IMG/VR virus record: IMGVR_UViG_3300008735_000002
Span: 32,001-96,000 of that record
Length of the DNA: 64,000 nucleotides
Origin: a virus
Reading direction: 5' to 3' (one strand)
Both the position numbers and the translations under genes were made by a program. Positions 15,863-25,246 of this stretch are shown here, one piece after another (the first letter of the stretch is position 1; each line of letters starts with the position of its first letter). A model generated the notes under the pieces. The model did not search any database, had not been told where the DNA came from, and was given only the letters and a program-made list of their open reading frames with translations.

Positions 15863-16620
15863 CTTACCACCGTATATTTGAAACAGAACGCAACCATTTC
15901 TGAGAGTGGTTTGTTGGGTCGACACAGCATTCGAAACCACTCGCCAGTGACTGCCTCTCCATAACACCTGGTAACGCCAAGTGCCGATGCTATTTCTTTT
16001 TCGTGATCGTGTTGGCTACATATCTCATGAAAATTCTTGCCTGTGCTCAACCAAACCATCTCGTTCATAGGTTGGTTTCGTCGCAGCTGTTTCTCGCCAT
16101 GCTGTAATCGAGCTGGGCCCACGGGACATTGGTGTTGGTGCGTCTCAATAATCGCAATCGAATCGCTTAATCCTGATAACGTATCGCTTGCAGGAAAATC
16201 ATCGAACGTTACATCGGACCGCATTCGAACATAAATGCCGTCCGTGGTTGCGGGAGGGTATTGATCAACTACCCTTTTTATTTTATAGTATTGACAACTT
16301 AGATTCGTTTTCGAAGATGTAAAAGGAGTGGCCTTGTCGACCTTCGGCTCTACCTCTCCAAGTACTGAAACTGCTCCAAGCGACAGAAAAAAAGCATCAA
16401 TATTCTTAAGGCTGACATCTTCTTTTGAAAGCTCATAATCCTCAGCACGAATTTCATTTGGAAAGAATCGCGTTGAACGCTCTATAGAGTCCCAAAATGA
16501 ATACCGAACATGGATCGAACAATCAGGTAATTGATTTTTTATTGTTTCGAAAACCTTGGGCGTCGTAACGAATAGAGTTCGTACATCACCCGAATAATAC
16601 AAAAATATTTCTTCAGACAT
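15859..16620 (-). CDS. Hypothetical protein, possible glycosyltransferase
   Basis: N-terminal hydrophobic-SGDVR and central YVRMRSD resemble uncharacterised glycosyltransferase-like phage proteins (from memory); coupled to the nucleotidyltransferase. Confidence 0.5.
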   Translation of the reverse strand: MSEEIFLYYSGDVRTLFVTTPKVFETIKNQLPDCSIHVRYSFWDSIERSTRFFPNEIRAEDYELSKEDVSLKNIDAFFLSLGAVSVLGEVEPKVDKATPFTSSKTNLSCQYYKIKRVVDQYPPATTDGIYVRMRSDVTFDDFPASDTLSGLSDSIAIIETHQHQCPVGPARLQHGEKQLRRNQPMNEMVWLSTGKNFHEICSQHDHEKEIASALGVTRCYGEAVTGEWFRMLCRPNKPLSEMVAFCFKYTVVR

Positions 16621-16651
16621 ATCAGTATTTCTCCAGAGTGTGAAGCTTTAC

Positions 16652-16658
16652 TAAGTAT
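16652..16658 (-). promoter_or_regulatory. Candidate late-promoter motif ATACTTA
   Basis: Intergenic ATAnTTA instance 32 nt upstream of the ATG at 16620. Confidence 0.35.
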
Positions 16659-16660
16659 GT

Positions 16661-17368
16661 CTACGTCATTTTACGTTCTCGATAAGCCGATATTGTTTCA
16701 GGCCAGATTTCTTCGGCAATTTGTAAGCACGCTTTAGCTAGCTGCTGTATCTCCCACTGGGCACTTTCATGCAAACGCAGCTCGATAAATTTTAATAAAT
16801 TATTGAGATTAACGGTTCCGTAATACTCTGTATATAAACTTTGCGGAAGCACAGCACGAGCCTGTTCACGACACACTCCGGAAGACATTAGTCTATGGTA
16901 AAGAGTAAGACATGTCTTGTTATGCGTCCTGACCACGCTTGACGCAGAAGTGCCATAATCGGGATCGCTTAAATCAGGGATCATCACAGGATCAATTTTC
17001 TTATTTAAATTAGAGGCTTGACGATTGGACTTGTGCTGTGTTCTAAACTCTTGAGGTTCATAAAAGCGAATGTCTACGTCAGTGTATCTTCGAGATATCT
17101 CATTATAAGACCAAGTTCTATGACGATGGTGCTGGCTACGCACAAAGAGAGGTACAGTAAAGCGAAAAGTGATAACGTTGTGCTCAAGCGTTGACGTATG
17201 CTTGTGATTGATGAGATAACGAATAAGCTTCTTATCTTTTCCATCTAACTCTTCCCTAACTTTTCCAAAAGAAACCCTAGCGCTGTTCACCACTGTTAAA
17301 TCGGATCCCATATGCTCCACGTATTCGACTGCGCCAATGGCGTCATCATAAAGTTCGATTCTTTTCAC
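16661..17368 (-). CDS. thyX: Flavin-dependent thymidylate synthase
   Basis: NSARVSF, HTSTLEH, the RHRx7SxR signature (RHRTWSYNEISRRY), EQARAVLP and AQWEI. Confidence 0.95.
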   Translation of the reverse strand: MKRIELYDDAIGAVEYVEHMGSDLTVVNSARVSFGKVREELDGKDKKLIRYLINHKHTSTLEHNVITFRFTVPLFVRSQHHRHRTWSYNEISRRYTDVDIRFYEPQEFRTQHKSNRQASNLNKKIDPVMIPDLSDPDYGTSASSVVRTHNKTCLTLYHRLMSSGVCREQARAVLPQSLYTEYYGTVNLNNLLKFIELRLHESAQWEIQQLAKACLQIAEEIWPETISAYRERKMT

Positions 17369-17800
17369 TCAGTACTCCATGTCTTTTCGAATTTCTTCTT
17401 CGCTCTTCGTTCTTTTATCTTGGTACTCTTTCTTTATATTGATAATTGGAACGGGTTCACCGTCACCATCTATTCTTACAAACGTCATTTCAACTTCACA
17501 TACCGGGCGTTGAGAACCGTTCACAACGCTGTGTCGTCTGGCTTGAAGCGCCACTGTGATAGAAGAGCTCCCAATTTTGACAACATCACCGTACACCTTT
17601 ATAATCTGACCTGGGCGGACTGGACGCTGAAACACTACTTGCGAAATGCATTTAGTCACCATCCTTGGAGAACCACACACTTGAGCAGTAAATGCAGCGC
17701 CGGCTTCGTCCAGCCAAGAGAGCATAACACCCCCAAAGAGATTACCATGCACCCCGATATTCTGTCCTTTGCAAATATGAGTAGAGATTAATTGCATCAT
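17369..17800 (-). CDS. Hotdog-fold acyl-CoA thioesterase (YciA-like)
   Basis: HGNLFGGVMLSWLDEA, F..PV..G, G.SS and MTFVRID..G.P.PI. Confidence 0.85.
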   Translation of the reverse strand: MMQLISTHICKGQNIGVHGNLFGGVMLSWLDEAGAAFTAQVCGSPRMVTKCISQVVFQRPVRPGQIIKVYGDVVKIGSSSITVALQARRHSVVNGSQRPVCEVEMTFVRIDGDGEPVPIINIKKEYQDKRTKSEEEIRKDMEY

Positions 17801-17811
17801 TTTATTTTTCT

Positions 17812-18822
17812 CTACAAAATAAATCTACAAATTTGTAGCGCAACTCGATATGGATCACAACCCGATGATGGACGCCGGTCCTCAAGATATCCGCGCCATC
17901 CAGCTGTTGGAACTGAATTAGGGATCCGGACTGACGCTCCCCTGGAGGCGATTCCGCAACTAAATTCTTCCATGCTTGCTGTCTCAAATCCGCCTGTTAA
18001 CCTCAAGGCGTTATCTGGTCCATACTCACGAATCGATTCATCATGATATTTTTCCATGTTGGCGATAACCCTATCAAAGATTTCTTTTTCACCGGATTCG
18101 CGCATTGATTTTGTAGAAAAATTAGTATGACATCCTGACCCATTCCATCCAGCATGTGGCTTAGGGTGCCAATCTATCCCGAGTACTAAGTCTTCTGCCA
18201 TTAGCTCCAGCAAATAGCGGCTTACCCAAAGGGCGTCTGATGCTTCTAGCGGATCTGCGCCAAAACACTGGTATTCCCATTGACCTGGCGAAACCTCTGC
18301 GTTGTAACCCACAACTCGAATCCCTAGTGAATTACAAAAAGATGCATGTTCGCGAACGAGCTTCCGATACTTCACACTTCCACCCGATGAGCAGTAATAG
18401 CGAGAATCTTTTATAGGCTCACCCTGGTCTGGCCAAAAAACGTTCTTGCCTTCTGACGTGATAAAGTACTCTTGCTCAAACCCTATCCACAACTCTTTTG
18501 TAGCAATGCCATCTTCGACCAATTTACGTAGCTTGGCTCGATAATTTGTTTCATGTGGTGTTCTTTCCTCATCTGGTAAACACACTTCACAAATAGCCAC
18601 GTAATGATTATCTGCTACTTGATATACTCGGTGAGGCTTTAAAATTCTTTCTGAATCTTCTGTCGGAGCCTGTCCTGTGGAAGAACCGTCAAAATTCCAC
18701 TCAGGTACTTTTAGCTCTACTTCACCACCCTCATTAGGCGTAAGCTGGACCATTTTTGTTTTTGACCGGAGTGCGGGATGATCAAACCCGTCAACCCAGA
18801 GATAATCTAGATGAACTAACAA
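17812..18822 (-). CDS. glnII: Glutamine synthetase type II
   Basis: WNFDGSSTGQA, GFEQEY, NAEV.PGQWEYQ, WNGSGCHTNFST, RLTG..ET, RGASVRIP and YLEDRRP. Confidence 0.92.
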   Translation of the reverse strand: MLVHLDYLWVDGFDHPALRSKTKMVQLTPNEGGEVELKVPEWNFDGSSTGQAPTEDSERILKPHRVYQVADNHYVAICEVCLPDEERTPHETNYRAKLRKLVEDGIATKELWIGFEQEYFITSEGKNVFWPDQGEPIKDSRYYCSSGGSVKYRKLVREHASFCNSLGIRVVGYNAEVSPGQWEYQCFGADPLEASDALWVSRYLLELMAEDLVLGIDWHPKPHAGWNGSGCHTNFSTKSMRESGEKEIFDRVIANMEKYHDESIREYGPDNALRLTGGFETASMEEFSCGIASRGASVRIPNSVPTAGWRGYLEDRRPSSGCDPYRVALQICRFIL

Positions 18823-18824
18823 AG

Positions 18825-19736
18825 CTATTCCTCCATCTCTTTTAGCATCTTGGCGATATCAAGATTCGCGCAATCAATCTTCTTTGACGTTTGGTGATAA
18901 TGGCTTACAAACCCGTTGAACCTGCCATTTCTAACAGAGGAATCTTGCTCCCTACTTGTCATGAAATCCTCATCACCTGATTCAGGGGCCTCGAATGGAA
19001 TCCCATAAGCTTCATGACACGCAACCCAAAGCGCTTTAAGCGCTTCCATCTGAACGTCATAAAACCCCAGAAAATCTTCCATTTCACGCCCATGACATTC
19101 TCCATCTGTCACCACAGGCCTTTCACCAAACCCGTGTTTAATATACCAACTCTGGTATTTCGTATAATAAGCGTTACTAATTTCAACACCAACAGCACAG
19201 CGGTTAACAGCCCCGGCATGCCATGCGCCGTGTTGAGTGTCTAACATCTGATATATTGTGCCGTCATTATCAATCAAAAAATGGACCGATATACCGCGGC
19301 GATTGAGTACTTTCGCGCAGGACTCTGAGCTTAGACAAACATCCCAATGGTTCACAAACATAGTTGGCTTACGATCAGGCTTCCCTGAGTAATCATAGTA
19401 CGTTCCAGAATTCGACTTAAATCCGCCCTCTTCATCCCATAAAACAACCTTTGGCCAATTAATTGTAATCGGGTGACCATTACAGATGATATAGCTTTGG
19501 TCTTTCTCTTGAGGGCATGTATAAATGAAATCGCTTATTTCCGATTCTCTTTCAGTCCATATACGACGATACGTTGTTGGTCCGCAAAGTCCGTCCGCAG
19601 TTAGACCCCTCTCTTTCTGCCATTTTCTAATAGCACTGACTAGCTTCTCATCGTGATATATCGCGCCGAACCATTCGGGTGTCCACCCCAATGAATCAGC
19701 CGAGCTCTTGTTATAAAAAACCTTGTCAATTGGCAT
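18825..19736 (-). CDS. N-acetylmuramoyl-L-alanine amidase (Amidase_2) with an N-terminal peptidoglycan-binding domain; probable endolysin
   Basis: WQKERGLTADGLCGPTT (PG-binding), VNHW, SVHFLIDNDGTIYQ, AWHAG, VGVEI, VSHY and KIDC. Confidence 0.85.
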   Translation of the reverse strand: MPIDKVFYNKSSADSLGWTPEWFGAIYHDEKLVSAIRKWQKERGLTADGLCGPTTYRRIWTERESEISDFIYTCPQEKDQSYIICNGHPITINWPKVVLWDEEGGFKSNSGTYYDYSGKPDRKPTMFVNHWDVCLSSESCAKVLNRRGISVHFLIDNDGTIYQMLDTQHGAWHAGAVNRCAVGVEISNAYYTKYQSWYIKHGFGERPVVTDGECHGREMEDFLGFYDVQMEALKALWVACHEAYGIPFEAPESGDEDFMTSREQDSSVRNGRFNGFVSHYHQTSKKIDCANLDIAKMLKEMEE

Positions 19737-19744
19737 TTGCCTTC

Positions 19745-20347
19745 CTACTCAAAATCTATGTCAACGCTTACTTTAATAGACAGCTTTGGGACGCGGAGTT
19801 GATTAGCCAGCCCGTGCTTTTTTGCTGCAGGAGCATCTAAAAACCAGTCAGCATGTCCCTTCTTGTGCACGAGTTTTAGAAAGTAGTCATCCTTCTTTCC
19901 ACAGTTTCTAGCCATCATTGTATACACAATCTGGTTGAGTCTATCAGTTTCTTCCGCGCTGACTTTCACTTCTTCAACTTTACCCCATGCCATACTTGAA
20001 ACATCATGAATCATAATGGTCGCATCAGGATCCATAAATCGAAGCCCTTGCTCGCCAAAAGAAAAAAGAATTGCACCGCACGACATAGCTTTTCCCTCTA
20101 CTATCGTAGCGACCGGGAGTTCTGCATGTTTTATCGCAGAGATCATAGCCATTAAGCTGTATACTTGTCCCCCATACGAGTCAATGATTACGGGGATAAC
20201 TTTTTGTCCTGTATTGTGAGCTGTTCCCATTTCAAGCATAAACTTCTTCGCCGAATCTTCGTCAAACTTATTTACCCTAATAATCACAGGCGGCTTTCTC
20301 AGCTCAACCTCTTTTAACTTGGGATCTAATTCAGATGTCCAGTGCAT
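19745..20347 (-). CDS. clpP: ClpP-like serine protease
   Basis: IDSYGG, AMSCG (Ser), IMIHD (His) and DWFLDA...HGL (Asp). Confidence 0.85.
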   Translation of the reverse strand: MHWTSELDPKLKEVELRKPPVIIRVNKFDEDSAKKFMLEMGTAHNTGQKVIPVIIDSYGGQVYSLMAMISAIKHAELPVATIVEGKAMSCGAILFSFGEQGLRFMDPDATIMIHDVSSMAWGKVEEVKVSAEETDRLNQIVYTMMARNCGKKDDYFLKLVHKKGHADWFLDAPAAKKHGLANQLRVPKLSIKVSVDIDFE

Positions 20348-20362
20348 TTTTTCTCCTGTAGA

Positions 20363-22858
20363 TTATCCACATTTCGCCATTCCGCAGTTCACACAAGTTG
20401 CGCAACCTTCCTGATATATGATATTCGGATTGTCGCAACATGCTGTATCGAAAACTCCGTTGCTCGCTTTTGTTCCATCAGCTATATACTTCTTGAGACA
20501 ACGAGCTGTTACTTTTGCAAAACTAAATAGGTCGGCATCTTTATCTTTTTGTAATTGCTCGACCATATATTGAACGGGAACTCCATGTCGAAGCGCCAAC
20601 GAAATTGTTCTAGTGAATGCAGAATGATTTGGGTTATCAAAAACTTTCACGATATCCTTGATCACAAATTCGTCTCCATTGGTACCAACAATAAGATCAT
20701 ATTTAGAAGGAACAGACTTTCGAGATCGACGCCTTATCATACCAGACTGGTGCTTTCGTGGAATTTCTACATACTCAGACAATCCCCCAATAACCTCATA
20801 AGGCTTTCCGTCCATCAGACCTACTAGAATTGTCCAGGCTTCGCCCTTGATGTTCGCCTGATGAATATCACACTCCATAACTTCTGGACGACGCGGAGCT
20901 GACCTTGTAATAATCTCACCAGATTCTCGAGGGTTTGCTTCTTTCTTATTAGAAACCAGAACTCCTGTTCTGCTTCCATCTCGATAAACAGTAATTCCCT
21001 TACAACCCAATTCCCAGCCTGTCATATAAACTTGCTTTACTGTCTCAACATCAATATCTGAAGGAAGGTTGGTCGTATTTGATATTGCGTGGCACACCCA
21101 TTCTTGCGCCGCTGCTTGCATCTTCACTTTTGCGACCCAATCGATCTCCTTAGCAGTGGAATATTTATACGGACTTAATTCAACCATCTCGTCGATGGGA
21201 TTAGTATTTTGAAATATCGATTGCTCGATCCACTTTCTAAAACCATGGTGATAGACTGTATATTCCTGCCATCGATCGCCACTCTCGTCAACAAAGTCTA
21301 CCCTAGCATCTTCATCCTGACCCGTTAATTTTTTTCTACGAGTATAGTGGAGCATAAATGCGGGCTCAATACCAGATGTGGTCTGGGTCAATACTGACAC
21401 GGACCCAGCTGGGGCAGTCGTCGTTAATGCAATGTTTCTACGACCGTACTTTTTATTCATGCTCTTCAACTCTGGATCTTCACTCCATATCCGCTCCAGA
21501 AACGGGTGATCTTTTTCTTTTGAAGCGTCAAAAATTTCAAAAGCACCACGCTCTTTCGCCATTACGATTGAAGACCGATAAGCGTTTAACGCAAGAGCCC
21601 TGTATATCTTCCCTGTTAATTCAACACTCGCATCAGAACCATACTGAATATTCAACATTGCAAGAGCGTCGCCAAGTCCTGTTATTCCAAGACCAGTTCT
21701 ACGCCCAAGAAGTGCTTGTTGTTTTATTTTCGTCCATAACCCAAGCTCGATCGCCTTTGTGGAGGTAGACTCAGGATCTGTCTCAATTTTAGAAATAATC
21801 TTGTCTACTTGCTCAATCTCAAGATCAATCATATTGTCCATAAGGCGCTGCGCTTTCTGCGTCATCTCACCAAATTTCTTAAAATTAAATTTGCCCTTTT
21901 TCCAAGGTGACTTAACGAAACTCGTAAGATTAAGAAGCATAAGCCTGCAGCTATCGTACGGTGAAAGAATAATTTCCCCGCAAGGGTTAGTTGAAACAGA
22001 TCCAAAGCCGTCGCTTGAATAAGCATCCGTTGGTGTATATTTCTTTGCTGTATCCCAAAATAACACGCCTGGCTCAGCTGCTGCATGCGCTCCCTCGATA
22101 ATCTCGTGCCAAATATCTGAAGCAGAAACGCGTTCACTAATCGCCGGGTCGCTGGAGTCAACTGGCCAGCGCAGCTCGACATCTTCATCCTCACGAACTG
22201 CATTCATAAATTCATCAGAAACCCTAACAGAAATATTGGCCCCTGTTACTCTTGCAAGATTCTGTTTAATCTTAATAAAATCTCTAATCTGCGGATGATG
22301 GATGGATATCGTTAACATCAGGGCTCCCCGGCGGCCGCCCTGAGCTACTTCTCTACATGAATTAGAGAACCTATCCATAAACACTTCGATACCGTCTGTC
22401 GTACGAGCAGCGTTCGCGGTGGAAAGACCCTTCGGGCGGATAGTACTTAAGTCAAATCCGACGCCGCCGCGGCGCTTGGCGATCTGCACAAGCTCTTGGT
22501 CGGCTTTCAAGATCCCACCGTAACTATCCTCCGGTGCCGGAATAACAAAACAGTTCGAAAGACTTTGCACTCTCTCTTTATTACCGATTCCAGACATAGG
22601 AGACCCTTGAGGGACTACGTACTTAAAGCGATCAAGCATCTCAAAGATTTCATCATATGACATTGGATTGGGATACTTTTGCTCTATGCGGTAGAGCTCA
22701 GATGCGATTCTTTCGTGCATTTCACTTGGCGATTTTTCTAGATAATTGCCGTGCTTATCAGTTAAAAGATATTTCGTCGTCACCACGTTAGCAGCTAATT
22801 CATCACCCGAAAAATATTCTAGTGATGCGTTATATGCATCCTGATAATCATACTTCAT
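20363..22858 (-). CDS. nrdJ: Class II (adenosylcobalamin-dependent) ribonucleotide reductase
   Basis: SNCFV, GGGVG.DLS.IRP.G, RRGA.M, TNPCGEI, RRTGLG, APAGSVS, GCKGITVYRDGSR and a C-terminal Cys-rich end; no small-subunit gene nearby. Confidence 0.9.
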   Translation of the reverse strand: MKYDYQDAYNASLEYFSGDELAANVVTTKYLLTDKHGNYLEKSPSEMHERIASELYRIEQKYPNPMSYDEIFEMLDRFKYVVPQGSPMSGIGNKERVQSLSNCFVIPAPEDSYGGILKADQELVQIAKRRGGVGFDLSTIRPKGLSTANAARTTDGIEVFMDRFSNSCREVAQGGRRGALMLTISIHHPQIRDFIKIKQNLARVTGANISVRVSDEFMNAVREDEDVELRWPVDSSDPAISERVSASDIWHEIIEGAHAAAEPGVLFWDTAKKYTPTDAYSSDGFGSVSTNPCGEIILSPYDSCRLMLLNLTSFVKSPWKKGKFNFKKFGEMTQKAQRLMDNMIDLEIEQVDKIISKIETDPESTSTKAIELGLWTKIKQQALLGRRTGLGITGLGDALAMLNIQYGSDASVELTGKIYRALALNAYRSSIVMAKERGAFEIFDASKEKDHPFLERIWSEDPELKSMNKKYGRRNIALTTTAPAGSVSVLTQTTSGIEPAFMLHYTRRKKLTGQDEDARVDFVDESGDRWQEYTVYHHGFRKWIEQSIFQNTNPIDEMVELSPYKYSTAKEIDWVAKVKMQAAAQEWVCHAISNTTNLPSDIDVETVKQVYMTGWELGCKGITVYRDGSRTGVLVSNKKEANPRESGEIITRSAPRRPEVMECDIHQANIKGEAWTILVGLMDGKPYEVIGGLSEYVEIPRKHQSGMIRRRSRKSVPSKYDLIVGTNGDEFVIKDIVKVFDNPNHSAFTRTISLALRHGVPVQYMVEQLQKDKDADLFSFAKVTARCLKKYIADGTKASNGVFDTACCDNPNIIYQEGCATCVNCGMAKCG

Positions 22859-22878
22859 CCGATCCCCAATTCTTAAGC

Positions 22879-24282
22879 TTATACGCTTCTTAATTCATTC
22901 CACTTTTTTCTTATCAACGCTTTTGTCTCTTTCTCTTCATCTTCTAAAGCCTCTGACAAAGTCGACATATCTTCATCTAACACCTTAATAGTAGAACATG
23001 CGGTGTCGATGTGAATAGGAAAAACGATACCATCCTTGCCAGCCCTGTTTTTTGCGATGTAAAGTCTACCTGCACCGGTAGCTTTTTCTGTAGCTTTTCT
23101 AGATATCGAAACAACAAGGTCAGCGACCATCGCCTTTCCATACGCCTCTGACATATTCTCTAGACCAACGATATCCGAATTCGCAGAATCTCTATTGGCT
23201 TGAGAAGCTGTCCAAATTGGAATTCGAATCTCCATCGCAAGATTTCTTAGCTCTTCATAGATCAACTTTAATTCATGACGTAAAGAATCATATGACCTTG
23301 TTGAGCGCATAATGTCTGCATAATCGATGATCAACACGCTCGGCTTAAATCCTCTTAAAGCTAATTTCTCGATGTGGTTTCTAAGCGTCGTAACAGACGG
23401 ATATCCTGTAGGATATTCTTTGATAATCAACCTACCAAGATCAGAATTTCCTTCATAAAATTTCTTTACCTGTTCCTTATTACTCACGACGTCAGACGAA
23501 GAAATCCCGCACAGATTTGAATCATATCTAATTCCCACAGCTTGTTCTGTTAATTCAAATGTATAATGCAAGACGTTCTTTCCTCGTCGCATCGCATTCG
23601 CACCCATCTGAACTAAATAATGGGATTTACCGACACCGGTATTCGCGGTGACGACACCAATCTCTCCCCTGCCCAATCCACCAGCTAAAACATCTTTTGC
23701 ATCCAGCTCTGGTATTCCAGTAGGGCAAACGCAACGATTTGCGACGACAAAGCGCGCCTCCATGTCTTCAAAGAAATCATGACCAACAGTGTTTGAAAGC
23801 CCGATTGAAACAGCGTTTTTCATAAGAGAAATAACCGATTCGAAATTATCACCCGCTATTAATTCTACAGACTTTTCTAATGCTTCTTTAAAAGCCTGCC
23901 TCTTACAAAAGTCTAAAGACTTCTCTTTAACATACGCAATATCACCGGGGTGGGGATTCTCTTTTGCTCGAATAAGATAGCTTACGATCTGATCACGCAA
24001 TAAAACATCTCCATCTTCGCTTAAAGAATCTTTGATAATGCTGATCAGCAAACCCTGCGTAGGGAAACATCGATATTCTAAAAAATACTTGAAATATTTC
24101 TCGCATAGATACTCAAGATATCGCAACTCAAAAAAATCAGGCCTCATCACCTCGACCATTTGAGCGGCCCATTGATGATCAGTTAAAAGTCCTTGTAAGA
24201 TTTTCTCTTGAAAAGACTTGTTATATTGTCGAAATTGCCCTCCCGGGATTTCGTTTAGTATGTCGTGGCTAAGAGCGCCCAT
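22879..24282 (-). CDS. dnaB: DnaB/gp41-like replicative helicase
   Basis: Walker A ANTGVGKS, Walker B IIDYAD, WTASQANR and AKNRAG; start at 24282 (GAGG RBS) or 24288. Confidence 0.9.
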   Translation of the reverse strand: MGALSHDILNEIPGGQFRQYNKSFQEKILQGLLTDHQWAAQMVEVMRPDFFELRYLEYLCEKYFKYFLEYRCFPTQGLLISIIKDSLSEDGDVLLRDQIVSYLIRAKENPHPGDIAYVKEKSLDFCKRQAFKEALEKSVELIAGDNFESVISLMKNAVSIGLSNTVGHDFFEDMEARFVVANRCVCPTGIPELDAKDVLAGGLGRGEIGVVTANTGVGKSHYLVQMGANAMRRGKNVLHYTFELTEQAVGIRYDSNLCGISSSDVVSNKEQVKKFYEGNSDLGRLIIKEYPTGYPSVTTLRNHIEKLALRGFKPSVLIIDYADIMRSTRSYDSLRHELKLIYEELRNLAMEIRIPIWTASQANRDSANSDIVGLENMSEAYGKAMVADLVVSISRKATEKATGAGRLYIAKNRAGKDGIVFPIHIDTACSTIKVLDEDMSTLSEALEDEEKETKALIRKKWNELRSV

Positions 24283-24289
24283 TCTCACC

Positions 24290-25246
24290 TCATCCTAATG
24301 CTCGTAGTGTCATGAACAATTTATCATAATCAAAATTGCGAATTCCAAGTTTCATCAAAGACCGAATAAATCCTAGTTTGTCTCTCTTTGTATCTTCCAG
24401 TTCTAGCGCGCCATCGATTTTCTGGACCTGGGTTCCAGATAAGTTTCCGTGTCCTAGATACATAAGCTTCCAATTTCTGCGAATCGTGACTTCGTGATTG
24501 ATGATGCTATCATAAAGCTTCAAGCTCTTTTGTTTTCGAAGTTTTCTACATTTTGTAAGTATGTCGTCGACAGCCAGACTTTCTGGTTCTTTCAGGGTAC
24601 CGAAGCGCTTTGCAAGACTCTTAAACCCAGCGCCAGGGACACCTTTTAGCCCGTCTGATCCGTCACCAACAAAGCATCTGGCTAAACAAAAATTTTTGGG
24701 ATGAATGTTAAACTCATCGACAACTTTTGTAGCAGTCCACTCCCTTTTGCTACCGGGGGACCACACCGAAATTCGATCATCGATCAATTGGTAAAAATCT
24801 TTGTCTGTGGAAATTATAACACATCTCTCATCGCTGAAGTTAACGCTAACAAGTCTCGCTATAACATCATCAGCTTCACAATCTGATATATAAATTTGCG
24901 GAACACTTGCTTTCCTCAATAGGCTCACGAGCTGGGCTACTTGCTCGTTTCTATTTGAAACAGTGTTTGGTAAATCATCACCGGAATAAAATCGGTTTAG
25001 TTTCTCAGGACGTCTACCTGCCTTATACGTCGGGTCAATCGATCGCCTCCGAGGAGAGCCGCCACCCTCCCAAACAACAACGATATCCTGTGGTGTATAC
25101 CTCTCAGAAAGTAACTGTAGACCTTTCAAGAATCCAACAATTCCTCCCACAGCATTTCCATTTTCCCCCATTGAAGGATTTGCGGCAAAGTGTCTATAGA
25201 AGCAATTCAGTCCATCGATTATTAGAACGGGCTTAACTGGCATCAT
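24290..25246 (-). CDS. 5'-3' exonuclease / flap endonuclease (Pol I N-terminal or T4 RNase H-like)
   Basis: LIIDGLN, YKAGR, EADDVIA, STDKDFYQL and GDGSDGLKGVPGAG. Confidence 0.9.
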   Translation of the reverse strand: MMPVKPVLIIDGLNCFYRHFAANPSMGENGNAVGGIVGFLKGLQLLSERYTPQDIVVVWEGGGSPRRRSIDPTYKAGRRPEKLNRFYSGDDLPNTVSNRNEQVAQLVSLLRKASVPQIYISDCEADDVIARLVSVNFSDERCVIISTDKDFYQLIDDRISVWSPGSKREWTATKVVDEFNIHPKNFCLARCFVGDGSDGLKGVPGAGFKSLAKRFGTLKEPESLAVDDILTKCRKLRKQKSLKLYDSIINHEVTIRRNWKLMYLGHGNLSGTQVQKIDGALELEDTKRDKLGFIRSLMKLGIRNFDYDKLFMTLRALG

